This document shows positions 1 through 12,100 of a stretch of 64,000 nucleotides of DNA, piece after piece. The notes beneath the pieces were generated by a model that saw nothing but the letters and a program-made list of their open reading frames with translations, did not search any database and was not told where the DNA came from. The translations under genes were made by a program, and so were the position numbers. The DNA is taken from positions 52,144,001-52,208,000 of the forward strand of contig NC_045696.1 in assembly GCF_009834535.1 (NCBI RefSeq), in the 5' to 3' direction. Source of the DNA: Camelus ferus (lineage: Eukaryota). The stretch's first letter is position 1; every line of letters begins with the position of its first letter.

Positions 1-179
1 ATTCTAAAATTCATTAATAAGCTAGATGCAGATGAATCACTATCATTAAAGGGGCATAGACCAAGAATAAAACTGTGCCCTGAATATCTAACTAACCTGT
101 CCTTAAAGTGGCCATTTTCACAGAGGACTGAAAGTAGATTGGCAGTGTGACTCAACAACAAAAAAAGGGTTTAGAAGCA

Positions 180-460
180 GTCTTGGCAACCAAAGACAAA
201 CAAGCGGAATATGTACAAAAGGGTAAGACCCTTGAAAGGCTTAAGCCTCACTTGGTTAACTGAGCCTCTCACGTCTGGGCTTCCTGTGGGGTTAAATAAG
301 CATCGCTTAATGCAGTAACTAGAATATAAGATCTACCCAAACTTTCAGAAAGATTTTGATAAAATTTCATAGCAAAAACTGTGTGAAGAAATTTTAAGTA
401 AACATAGAATTAGGATTATATATTTCCACAAGCATGGAATTATCTTAAGTATAGGAACCA
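180..460 (+). mobile_element. Ancient CR1/L3 LINE reverse-transcriptase relic
   Basis: 331-381 reads IYPNFQKDFDKIS*QKL, resembling the CR1 RT motif IYLDFQKAFDKVPHQRL. Heavily decayed; boundaries approximate. Confidence 0.5.
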
Positions 461-614
461 AGGTATGAAGTGTAGATGTGGAAAAGACAAGTAGCATTTT
501 TATAAACTTTGTAATTCAAAGTACATAATTTGTGACTATGTAATTCAAAGTGACATCTGCATATCCTTTAGAGCTCACTGTCCTCTTCAGACAGTAAAAT
601 ATCAAACTACAGCA

Positions 615-700
615 TCATGGAATCCTAAAGAGCTGGTATGGCTCCCCATATACTACAGATTAAGAAACCAAGATTCAAAGAGGATTAACAACTGCCTAAT
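615..700 (-). mobile_element. MIR SINE fragment
   Basis: tacagattaagaaaccaagattcaaagaggattaacaactgcctaa resembles the reverse complement of the MIR core. Confidence 0.5.
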
Positions 701-999
701 ATGAAAACATAAACATCAGGAAGATTTTATAAAATGTACAAATTAGAACAAAAGTTACTATGAGTTCCCCTGTGGGCACGTGTTGAGTATTACATATTAC
801 TAGTGATAAAGAATATGAATCTATGTACTTAAATATAACCTTCAAAACATGGTCCTCCCAAAAAAGGACCTTAAAAGAATTACAGTACATTCTCTGAACA
901 TCTTGATGTGTTGTGGCTATACAAATGCCAAAAATGCTGGGCATCAACAGAAGTGCTATGAATCTAGACTTGAGGATCTCCAACATTTAACTGCTGGAT

Positions 1000-1345
1000 A
1001 TCAGAGAATATGCCTAACAAAGGAGATAACAAGAGAATAGCAAGGGGCATAGGAAGAAAATCAGAAGCACATGATGCCAAGGGAAATAGGGCAGAAAGTG
1101 TTTCAAAAAAGAGGAAGTGGTCAGCAAAGTCAAATGTTCAATGAGACCTCAATAAGAGTTAATTTGGATAAACAATCAAATAAATACAAACTCAACCAAA
1201 AAAAGTTAATTTGGTGAAGTGATAGAGGTCTCAGAAGCAGATGGAGTGAATTGATGAATGCATTGGTGAGGAAATGGAAATAGAGAGCATAAACATCTCT
1301 TTGGTGAAATTTGAGTGTAGATAGGGAAAAGAGAAAGGGCAGTAG
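1000..1345 (-). mobile_element. L2 LINE fragment (RT region)
   Basis: gaggaagtggtcagcaaagtcaaatgttcaatgagacctcaa resembles the antisense L2 LDLSAAFDTVDH region. Confidence 0.6.
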
Positions 1346-1489
1346 CTAGTTGCATTTTCTTTCTTTATAAATGACCCCGAAACTCACCAAAGCCAGGAAG
1401 CTGACTCACACATGACTCCTCCATCATCCTCCACACCCATTTAATCATTATGTGGTAAGATTATATTTCCACACTCTTGAGTATATCAT

Positions 1490-2022
1490 CTTGTATTATC
1501 TTCCAATGACTCACCAACAGTGACAGGATAAAATCTAATCTCCTGAGTACAGGATGTAGAGCCTTTTATAATCTGACCAACATTACCCTTCCAGCTTTAC
1601 TTTTTACTTCCACCCTAAGATGCAGCCATACTAAACCAGTTGCCATTTCTGAATGACCCAGGCTTTCTCATTCCTCTGGGCCTCCATGCATACTGTTGCT
1701 TTTTCTTGGAATGTTCTTCCCCAATGCAACTAGTCACCCCCACCTTCCGGTCCCCACGCTTCACCTATCAAACATATTCATCTTTCAAATCTCCATTTAA
1801 ATATCGTCTTTGTAAATCCTTCCTTGATTTCCTAAGTAGATTTTATGATCCCATAGTAACTTTATTTAGACTCTTCCTAAGGTATTAATACTTACAGAAT
1901 TCTTTTGTATTTGAGACCCCAGCAGCCCATAAGTCTCCTGAGAGCAGACTCTATATTTTCAGTTGTATATCTCTATGCTTTGCACATAGTTAGCACTAAT
2001 AAATGTTTTTTAAGTGAATGAA
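1490..2022 (+). mobile_element. L2 LINE 3' end
   Basis: Typical L2 3' body ending gcacatagttagcactaataaatgtttttaagtgaatgaa. Confidence 0.7.
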
Positions 2023-2603
2023 AGGGTGGGCTTGTTACCAAAGATGTGTTATACCAAAATGTCACTAGCTTTAGATTAGGTCATAGGTGGGATACACATA
2101 ATCGGCTACTAGGGGAAACTAGTGACTTATGAGTCACAGGTGAATTTATTTCCTGGAAAACTTCATGTATTTGAAAATTAAGATGAATCACATTCTGATG
2201 CAAAAAAAGTTCACTGAACTCCCTTTCAATTTGGTGACTCTCCTGAGTAACCTCAGCTTCCCTGCATTTCAAATAAGAATCACCTAAAAAATGCACTGCA
2301 TACCTGTAAAATCCAAAGCACTAAAGAGGACATAAAGTTATAAGTGATATATTCCCTGCTCCCACAGTTCATTATCTGGTGGGGCTTTAAGACATGTGGA
2401 AATATATACTGCTTGTACAGCACCACTTTCAAGTGCTATCTGGGCTGTAAGTGCCTGAAAAGTAGCAAGAGGTATACAGTGATCCTGCCTTAAATGCATG
2501 GTTTGGTTTGGTTAATGCCCTTAAAACAAGTAACATTTCATTCTAGAGTTCAAAGCCAAGGGTGATTTCTCCTGTTTTAAATAGTTTTTTTTTTTCTGTG
2601 AAT

Positions 2604-2915
2604 CCTTTTTTAAAACTGAAGTATAGTCAGTTTACAATGTTGTGTTAATGTCTGGTGTAGAGCACAGTGATTCAGTTATACATATTTAATGTATTCCTTT
2701 TCATATTCTTTTTCATTACTGGTTATTATGAAATATTGAATATAGTTCCTTGTGCTATACAGTAGGACCTCATTATTTATCTTTTTTTTAATTAAAAAAA
2801 CTTAATAGAGTACGATAACACCATTTATCAAGTTTCCAAAAATAAAAACAAAGAGAATACTATTTAGTGGTTATCTCTTTTTATATGTAGTAGTTAGTGT
2901 CTGCAAATCCAGTAT
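2604..2915 (-). mobile_element. Cetartiodactyl/camelid-type L1 3' UTR end, interrupted by an ~88-bp insert
   Basis: T-run then aactgaagtatagtcagtttacaatgttgtg...tatagttccttgtgctatacagtaggacc, the antisense L1 terminus. It resumes at 2871. Confidence 0.8.
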
Positions 2916-5001
2916 TCCCCTATTTAGAGACAGTAGAATGGTGACAGGAAAAATCACTTTGTCTTTCTCTATAGCATCCAAATTAAAATGTATAATAGAA
3001 AATAGAAATTAAAGACAAACAGACAAGTAAATAAATAATTTTTAAAAGGATTCAGTTTAAGTATTTTAAGGTACAAAACACTTTGGTCCTCTCCTATTGC
3101 TATGTAAGAGAGATGGGTGATTAGAAGTTTTGATTTTTTTTGTGTGTGGCTCACTCAGAAAACTTGGCTTGCTTTTACATGGATTTAAACCCCAAACTAG
3201 ACAGCCTTTTTTTTCCCTGAGGATTTATATGTTATTTTGGAGAGGTTACTTATTTTTTCACTGAACCCCCAAACTCAATTTCTGTTAACATAAAATAAGA
3301 AGACACGATAAGGATAGGGGGAAATTCTGCAATTTTGAAATCTATATTTAACCTGCAAAAGATTAAAGGCAGTTAAATGATCAGTTGGTCAAACAGTTTT
3401 CTAGTATGTTTGGCTCTTAGACAAGTGTATACAAATAACTGTCAACTTAGGCAAGGCCAATTTTAAAAGAAAAGAGCTCACAGGTGGTAGTTTTGATCTT
3501 TACTTTCCCCACTTTGAGAATCACTGTTTTCCTTTTGCTGGTAACTGACGTATTGCAGCTGTAGTGACTAGCCTATTTTCTTTTCAAAAGTACTATTTTT
3601 ACTCTTTGGACTTAAAATTTTATCCTAAACTCTAGGAAAAAAAAAAAAAAACAAATACAGGGCAACTGGTCAGTTCTTGAATGTACAGGCCTAGTGACTT
3701 TAAGAGAAGATTCAATAGGAAACATAGTCAGACTTTTTTTTCACCATAATTCCCAGTCACACCTGTCGTAAGCCTGGGAAGAAGACCTCAAAAGAACTTA
3801 GAGCTTTCCTCTTTGGGGATGAAAAAAAAAAAGGCACCTGTTTTGATTTATTCAGAGATTTTCAAAAGTCTAAGGATGATGACACATCTTTAAAAAAAAA
3901 AATAAGAGAACCATACAGCCAACTTAGCTCTGTGAACCACAGGAAAAAGAATTATCTTAAGAGATGCCTTACGGGGTCATTGTTCACATGGTAAAGCAAG
4001 GAGCTTAGGGGGCTAAATCTAGGTTAGAAGTCTTGGATCACTTGAATTGTTCTAACAAATGAATTTTCTTCGAGGAAAAAAGTGGGCTCCATTTCTGTTT
4101 TTAAAAATCCAGAGTGTCTGTAATAGTGCAACTAATGACAACCTTCCCGTTATTCTCACTTAAGAGGAAACCCTATAATAAGAGCTTCCTAAAATGTCAA
4201 ATAATACTTGTCTCATAACAGGGCTTCTTTGTTCATTCACCATGTCTCTTTTGATACGCACAGATAATAAAAGTTCATGTAAAACTAAAGGTAATATAGA
4301 GCAGAAGCCAACACTAATTCTGTATAAATATGTCTGATTAATAAGAGTGCCATTGTTATGGTTATTTCGTAAAGTCATGATTGTTACAAGAACAGAGGAT
4401 AGAAGTACTCTTACTCTTGCTGTTTTTGTTCATCCTCTGTCATCCAACCAGTTAGTGAATTTTTGTTCAATGAGGGAAATCAGGGATAGATTTTTGTCCA
4501 TTAATTATTTCTGTTTCATTAGTTCATCTCATGAGCTGTGAAACTAGCTTTAAATTCAGGGGGAAAATTAGGGGTTTTATTCGAAAATTAAACCACATCC
4601 TCTAAAACAATGAATACATGCCCAGGCTTAATTTCTAGGGTCCGTTTTCCATATGCACAACTACTATATTACTATAGCACTAAAATCAGATTAGGAGCCT
4701 AACATGTTAAACCTAAACTGTGGTTTAATACTACAACCATAGGCAAGGTTGTATGTGGGATTCAATTCTATGAAGTAGAACCCCACCCTGGTGAAATAAA
4801 AAGAAAGTCCAGGAATGAGTGTTATGGTTCCTTACTGGAAAGGAAATAGAAAACAAGTGACAGACAGCAGTACACATGCACGGCAGACAGTCCAGCTGAT
4901 CGATTGTGAAGATGTTTCTTAGGCTGGTAGATAAGTTTGTATTGAAATTTGTATTGGCATTACTTGGCTTTTCTCTTTAGAGTCTTATCTTCCAGATCCT
5001 G

Positions 5002-5023
5002 GCCTCCCCTCTAGGGGCAGCAG
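5002..5023 (-). promoter_or_regulatory. Possible CTCF-like motif
   Basis: Minus strand TGCTGCCCCTAGAGGGGAGGC partially matches CCASYAGRKGGCRS (mismatch at the core C). It is a GC-rich spot in AT-rich unique sequence. Confidence 0.25.
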
Positions 5024-6507
5024 TATAATATAAAAACTTAATAGTTGAACTTAAATTTAGCTGACATTTTTATATCCTTCACAACATACACTTTAGATTG
5101 CACCCAAGAAGGAGATTATTAAATAGTAGCAGGAGACCAGTTACCAGACCTTTCTGACTGAACAAAAAAACAGCACTGTGCCTTTTTGCTGGCAAATCAA
5201 ACAACATTTATGCAATCATTGTAATCAATTTCATAAATAAAGAGCTATTAACAACTGGAGAAAAATAGTACAGAAATTCTGTTTCTCCCAAGTTCCTTCA
5301 TCCTTTCCTCAAACCCCACATTAGTTTCAGCAGTGGAGAAGGCTATGCATGAAAAAGAATGCACTTGGCTGAAATGGAGTCTCCTGCGAAGCAGATTCTG
5401 TCAGTCAGAAGGCAAGGACACATTTTGGTGATTATCTCAGCCTACTTTTTTTTTTTTTTTTTTGTAGTAATTAGCCAGAGTTCCATTTTGCTAGGGCTGG
5501 CATTGCTCACAGCTAACTTACTTTTTTTTTTTTTTTTTTAATTTAGGCTTTTCTTTCCTTTTTAAAAGTAAATTTACATATTTTCAGTTTCTCAATCCCT
5601 TCTATGTTTTATTTATGAATATAGCCCTTCTTGATGGTAACTTTAATGTGAAAGAGGTAGTAATTAATGTCCCAATCTGCCAGGTTAATCCCTTCCCACA
5701 CTCTCTACAGAGAAGTTTAAAGTAAGTAACAGTTTACAGTCAATATTAGGTTTAATTATGCTTAATGAGAGTTAGTGTCTCTGTTTACTAACTGCATTTC
5801 GGTATGTGGATCCTAGATGAGTTTTCCCGTGGCCTCATTCTGATTTTTTAATAGTGCCACTGTGTACTGTATACTCAGTGCTTAAATCTATAAAGCTGCT
5901 CCTGGAGAACAAAGCAAGGAGGGCACCTGTTTCAGTTGAGACACCATTAAATGAGTGCAGCCTTAACAAAACTGCATCTTTCTTTGGGAAGGGAGCTCTT
6001 ATTTTATAATGCTTTCCAAACAGATCCATTTAAGAGGCTAATTATTGCCTAAATTTCAGATCCTGGGTAAGTCTGTACATATAAAAAGCTGTTTCAAACT
6101 ATGTAAAATTATCACTAGTGGTTAGTACAAAATTACAGAGTGTTAAACACTTCTAAGATTTTCTTATATTAATCCTTCAATGTTATCATTTCAAGTATTA
6201 AATATAAAACTACTTTGACAAGTCACTAGTTTGATTTGGTCCTTTCTTTCAGCCTAAAAATGTCTTTTGTTTTAAAATTGTATTTAATTTTATTGTAGCA
6301 TATAGGACAAAATTTGTGCTTCCTTACTGAGCTATAAAAATAAGCATCAAAACAAATACCCAGACCTAAAGGGAATCCTGTTACAGTGCCCCAGAGGAAA
6401 ATTAGTACACATATTTTTTTTAAAGGAGCCCTTTTTGCTATGTTTGTGTTGTGGCTATATTTTAAGTAGAATTTATTATTATAGTTCCTCTAAGTCTATT
6501 GAGAGGC

Positions 6508-6620
6508 TAATCAATTCAATAAACATCTATTGAGTACCTGGTCTAAGCTAAACACAAAAAATGAAGAAGGCATATTCCCTTCCCCCAAGAAGCTTACTGT
6601 CTGAGAAAAGAGACATACTT
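6508..6620 (-). mobile_element. L2 3' end fragment
   Basis: caattcaataaacatctattgagtacc...aagaagcttactgtctgagaaaagagaca is an antisense L2 terminus. Confidence 0.6.
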
Positions 6621-7527
6621 AGTAAAAGAAAAATGTGCTTAAATTTTAGTTTCAGAATCTTTTTTGTCTTTTGAAAATTCTACCTTTACTTAGTATATCC
6701 TGACTTCACTTTTGCTTTTAGGGGGAAAAAAAAACAGTCAAACATTTCCTCAAAAACCACAAACTAATGGTTTAAAAGGAAAAGAATGCAATCCTAACTA
6801 TATGCTTAATCAGAGTTAGACTTTCTACTGCTTAGATCTTGCTTTAAAAGTATTTTAGAAACAACAAAACACACGGCCTATGATAAGTATTTGCCTCTTT
6901 TTAGAACATCAATCTCCCCTTCACAACAGTACACTGATTTCCTTTTGGGATTTCTATAAAGTTGTTTTTTTTTTTTAATTTTAATATAGTACACTCAAAC
7001 ATACAAGGGAAATATATATTGTAGGAAAACAAATGTTAGGAACAATACTACAAATCCTGTAAGAGTCACTTTCCCTAAGAGCTCTTTATTTTCAATGTCA
7101 TCATCTAAATAATTAACTTCTCTTATGAAACACATCATGCTAACTTTAGCTTAGAGAATTTTTAAAAAACCAAATTAACCATTTCTGAAACACCTGAAAT
7201 ACAAAGAGATAGTTATATACCTTTAAGAAAAATATTCCGATTTTTAAAGGAATCATCTCTCCATAATATTTTAGATTTAATTTTGTGAACTTAGCAATAA
7301 AGAACATGGTTTAGTACAAAATGAGAGAAACTGTCTTAGAAGTGAAGAAATCATCTAAATATTATTATTAGATTTTTATTAAATAGCAATTGAAAACTGT
7401 ACACTGAGCTATTTTTGGATATATGCATATCTTATTTTTATCCAATAAAAAGACACTAAATTCCTCCATTTCAAATACTGAGGATATCAGCAAAGTGTTC
7501 ACACATCTGATGTCTTTCGGCACTTAC

Positions 7528-7699
7528 TAAACAAACCTTTCTGCCATATACTTTCTATCTTGGTACTTTTAGCTACGCACATTTGCGAAAGGTACTTGAC
7601 CAGCTCATATTCTCCTTCACCATGCTACTTTGAACTGCCTTGAGGACTCTCAAATTACTTTCAGACACTGAGCATTCATAGGCACCTACGTCTGTATCC
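7528..7699 (-). other. Candidate non-coding (5'UTR or lncRNA) cassette exon, 172 nt
   Basis: Minus-strand acceptor tttctcccttttctttcattgagcag| and donor tta|gtaagt. Stops in all three frames, several retained CpGs, not repeat-like. Confidence 0.5.
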
Positions 7700-7955
7700 C
7701 TGCTCAATGAAAGAAAAGGGAGAAACCTGGATTCAAATAGTAATAAAGTTCCTCTCACGCTGATAAACGTTATTTTAAAAGTCAGTCTCTTCCTGACACC
7801 AGAGTTATGTAAGTATGTTCTCTGTGTTAACTCTCAGGTTGTTATATAAAAATCTCTATAGGTATGTATAAAAGGCTTAATATATAAATATGCATAAATA
7901 TATTTGAATATAGCATGCATATGCAAGCCAGCTATTTATTATACTTGAATGTACA

Positions 7956-7958
<3 letters not shown>

Positions 7959-8000
<42 letters not shown>
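7959..8000. repeat. (TA)n microsatellite
   Basis: Perfect TA run of 21 units. Confidence 0.95.
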
Positions 8001-8004
<4 letters not shown>

Positions 8005-8964
8005 TTATTTACATGTCAACTTTTATTCCTGAAAGTTAAAGGGGAAAATACTTAAACTGTTTTCATAACACAAATTCTAACTGAAATAAAATGTCCTTTC
8101 AAAACTGTAATTAATGGCTGCCGTGTCAAACAGTGAACCAGAGGGTCAAACCTTATAATTCACAGTTTGAGAGGTCATAGCTCAAATTATAACTTTAAAA
8201 AACTGATTATCTGTGAGTAATTTGACAAATTCATCTAATATACTCTGAATGCATATAAAGTCTTTTTGAGAGTAAAAAGAATGTATATCCAAGTGGACAG
8301 CTGATGGAGGAAATGGCCTTTTTACTGAACAAGGCTGAAGTCCAGCATAATGACTTGGAATGCCTTTGAATGAGCATGTAAGGCTGGAAGGCCAAACAGT
8401 ACACACATCCAAAGGGAGCATAATGAACAATCTGATCAGAAGACAAAAATATTCCACAGACATGCCCAAAGAGAGGAAGCAAAAAATATACATTTCCAGC
8501 ACTACTATTTCATCACCACTAACTATTACCTAATTCACAGATAAACTCAAACTCTGGACTAGTACTAAAGAATCTTTAAAGATATATATAATTTTGTAAT
8601 TTAAAAAATACTAGAAATTCCCATGATTTTTCAATCTGAGATTTTAAAATACTTAAGGAGGTCACCTAGATCATATATAGTAAGCCAGATTTATAAAACT
8701 GTCTTTTTAATGATTCACCTTGAAAGCATACATTGCTTCATCTTATCTTCATCCCAAGGCTACCCACCCCTTGAAACATAATCTGAAATAATTTGGCCTG
8801 TTTGCATTTTTTAAATCTAGATTAAGAAGGTAGGCCATTGAAGATAATTTGGTCCATTGTAGACCAAATTTCTTAATGCATGCCAGAATTGAGAAGTCCA
8901 GAAAAATAAGTCATTTATTTATATGTCTATGTTGTAATGTTTACTTATATGTTTATTTTATTTT

Positions 8965-9190
8965 ATTGTTAGTCCCTTTTCTTTCTTACTAGTCTCCATA
9001 AGTGGAATGACTGTATCTCTTTTTTTCAATAGTTATATTATATTATATTATATTATATTATATTATATTATATTATATTATATATTGTATTATAGTTATA
9101 TAGTTTTTTTCAATATTTATATCTAATCCCTAGAAAGTTCCTGGCACAGAAAAGACATTCAATAAATATTTGCCGTAGAATGGAAAGAAG
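8965..9190 (+). mobile_element. L2 3' end containing a (TTATA)n microsatellite (~9033-9082)
   Basis: Ends ctagaaagttcctggcacagaaaagacattcaataaatatttg; pentamer repeat directly visible. Confidence 0.65.
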
Positions 9191-12100
9191 GGATGGAGAG
9201 AAGGAAGGCAGGAAGGCTATAGTTAATCTCTTCTAGCATTATTTGTGTGACTGTGGGAAGAAAAACCTGAAAAAAAAGTACCAAGGAATACCCATGAATA
9301 CACTGACCCATGCATCTACTCTGGAAACCAAGAAGATTTAAAGCAGCTTCCAAAAGTCCATAGTTACAAGATAAAATAAATTAAAATAGATTAAAAATGA
9401 AAAGGATGGAAATTAGAGTGGGAAAGAAGATGTTTATATATGTATACATGTAAAGACAATTAAATCATAGGAAAGGGGGAATACACTTTCTTAATTTCTT
9501 CAGTTTAAATTAATTTTATCATAATGACTGTTACATAACTGTTCTTATTATAACAAAACAGTAAGAGAATATTTACTAGTTCCTCATCTGGCCATGCACT
9601 ATAGCAAACACTACATAACAAAGTTTCTTATATCATGAGCTATAGAGTCTGTTGGAAGAGAGAGATAAAATGTGAAAAAGTAAATAAGTAAAAAAGCAAA
9701 TAAATAAGTCATAATAGGAAAAATATAGATTTTTGTGAGAGAACAGAGCAGAATGCTTCTCTAAACCAGAAAAAAAATTGCTTACACAGTAATTGCTTTA
9801 CTTTGATGCCATTATGTCCTGTTGCAAGAAACTTCTCAAACATGTAAACACTGTTGACTCGACGCACAGGAAAATACATGTTCTCACGTGTTACTAGTAT
9901 AAATGAGATTTGAATATATAAATCACTGTATCATAAAAAGACACATTTGGAAAACATTCTTTTTCTTACAGGTGAAAGCCTCACTCTGACCCCACTTAGC
10001 CTGGTGATGCTTCTGTAATTCTGCTGGACCAGCCCACACATACGGGGCTTTTGATAGGTCCTGGGCTCGACCATCTGGCCCTTTATTTACTTAATTCTTT
10101 TTTAACACTGACAAGTGTATTAGTAACACTTCCTTGATCACTGGTAAATATAGAGCCACCATACAACTAAGATTTTCCCTAATTCTGAAAGTCATTAATT
10201 AGTTGTGGGTAGGGTTGGGGAGTATTACAAAGATATGTTGAGCAGTACTACAATGAGTAATCTAATTTCCAAGAAGAAAGCATGTTAATCTGCTTCCCAC
10301 TTCATTAGAGGAATAAAAACCGTCTTGTCATCACTAAAGGATACAAAAAGAGACCTGTATATTTGGGGGAATGGTAGATAGGGAGGAGGGATGAATGCAG
10401 CATTTAGTCAAGAAACACAAATGCCCTGCACATCCTGGACAAAGTTTATGGTTTTTCTCGGTATCTTTTGATTGGTCTATTTATCAGTATGTTTCATGAC
10501 CATAGTTTTTTCAATTAATATAAACCCAAGCTTCCAAAGGAAAGAAATATGGTAAATGAATCTTCTTTAAAAGAACTGATCATTGTTCTGGTACTTAAGT
10601 TGTACGTTAAGCAACTTTCGAAGCTGCATTAATATTTTCAAACCAGTAAGGTCTCAATTACTTGAGCTTGCAAAATTAAATACTGTTGGCTTAAAGGAGA
10701 GAACACAGTTTCCATAAGTGCCAAAAAGTCATTCAGGGGAAAGATATGGTCTAATTATAAGTACTAAAACTGAAAATTTATGTATTTTAAGTACATTAGA
10801 AAACATTTATTTTTAGGGTTTTTTTTTTTCTGTTGGATGAGAGACAGTCTAACACTTTAATTTTCTTCAAGGTTTAGATTCTTCAAAGAGCATCAGCTGA
10901 TTGTTGTCTGTGTTAATTCAAGCATCAAGTTTAAAATATCATAACTCCGTGAAACTAAAGATTCTAACTATGTAAGGTTGAATCAGTTGTCCTCATTTCT
11001 AGTATCAAGCAATGTAACACTAAGCAAAAGCCTTTGAGAGACTGTTTTGGGTCTCAGCCTATCTCCTTTGTTCATAGACATTTTTCGCAAAAGGATGATG
11101 TTCTCTCACAGTACTTATCCCACAACTATAATCTCAACTAAAAACTCATAAAACTGTGGATTGTGAAGTAGATGTCAATATTTCCAAATCTTATAACTAA
11201 TGAATAAAATTTAATTGGTTCATATGCAGAAGTAAATTGATGAGAGGCTGAAGAACGGAATAAACAAGGAAAACAGCACAGTATATACTATGTAATTTAA
11301 GAACTGTCAAAGAAGTGGGGCATGTCTTATTTACTGATATGATAAAAGGAGAATGAATGCTTTTGTACACAAATAAATGCAGGTATAGAAACATAATAGA
11401 AGCTTAGTGTTTCAGTGGAAATTAAACTCCTCTGGGCAGTGATCAGCTAGGAAGGAACAGAGACAGTTTCAATGCAGTGATTAACTAGCTGACAGATCTA
11501 TTATTCATGGCAGGTATGTAAGCAGTCAAGGCAGCGATGCTGGTGGCCTCTCCTCATCAAGCAGCTTTGCCAGTACAGACTGGATGCCTGGAATCAGGCA
11601 AGACACAAAAACAATAAAACCTATAGCCAGTTAGGGTAAGATTCAGCACAATCCACCTCCAATTTTAAATAGTAGTAGAAATATCCACTGATTGAAGAAT
11701 GTTTTCTCTTGGGATTGGCATATACTGTATTTACAGAGTGTTGACCAACACTCGTCTATTTATCTTACTATGCTTAGCAACATGCATGAAGCACCTACCC
11801 AGAAATTCCCACTATATTATAGGAAAAAGTGATTTTAACATTAGCTGGCAAAAATTTCTGTTGATAGGTGTGACCATTAAGTAGTTACATGAACAGATGG
11901 TCAAAGCGAGTCCATTTCACTGTCAGTACATTATGTGGGCCTTTTTATCTCTGGACGTCCAAACCAAACAGAAGCACAACACGGAAGAGGTCATTGTCCC
12001 TTCCCTCATTTGGTTGGCAGTTTTATCTTTGAAATATGAAAATAAAACACCAACACAGACTATAATCCTCCATAGTACCATTTTCACATAACATTTAATG

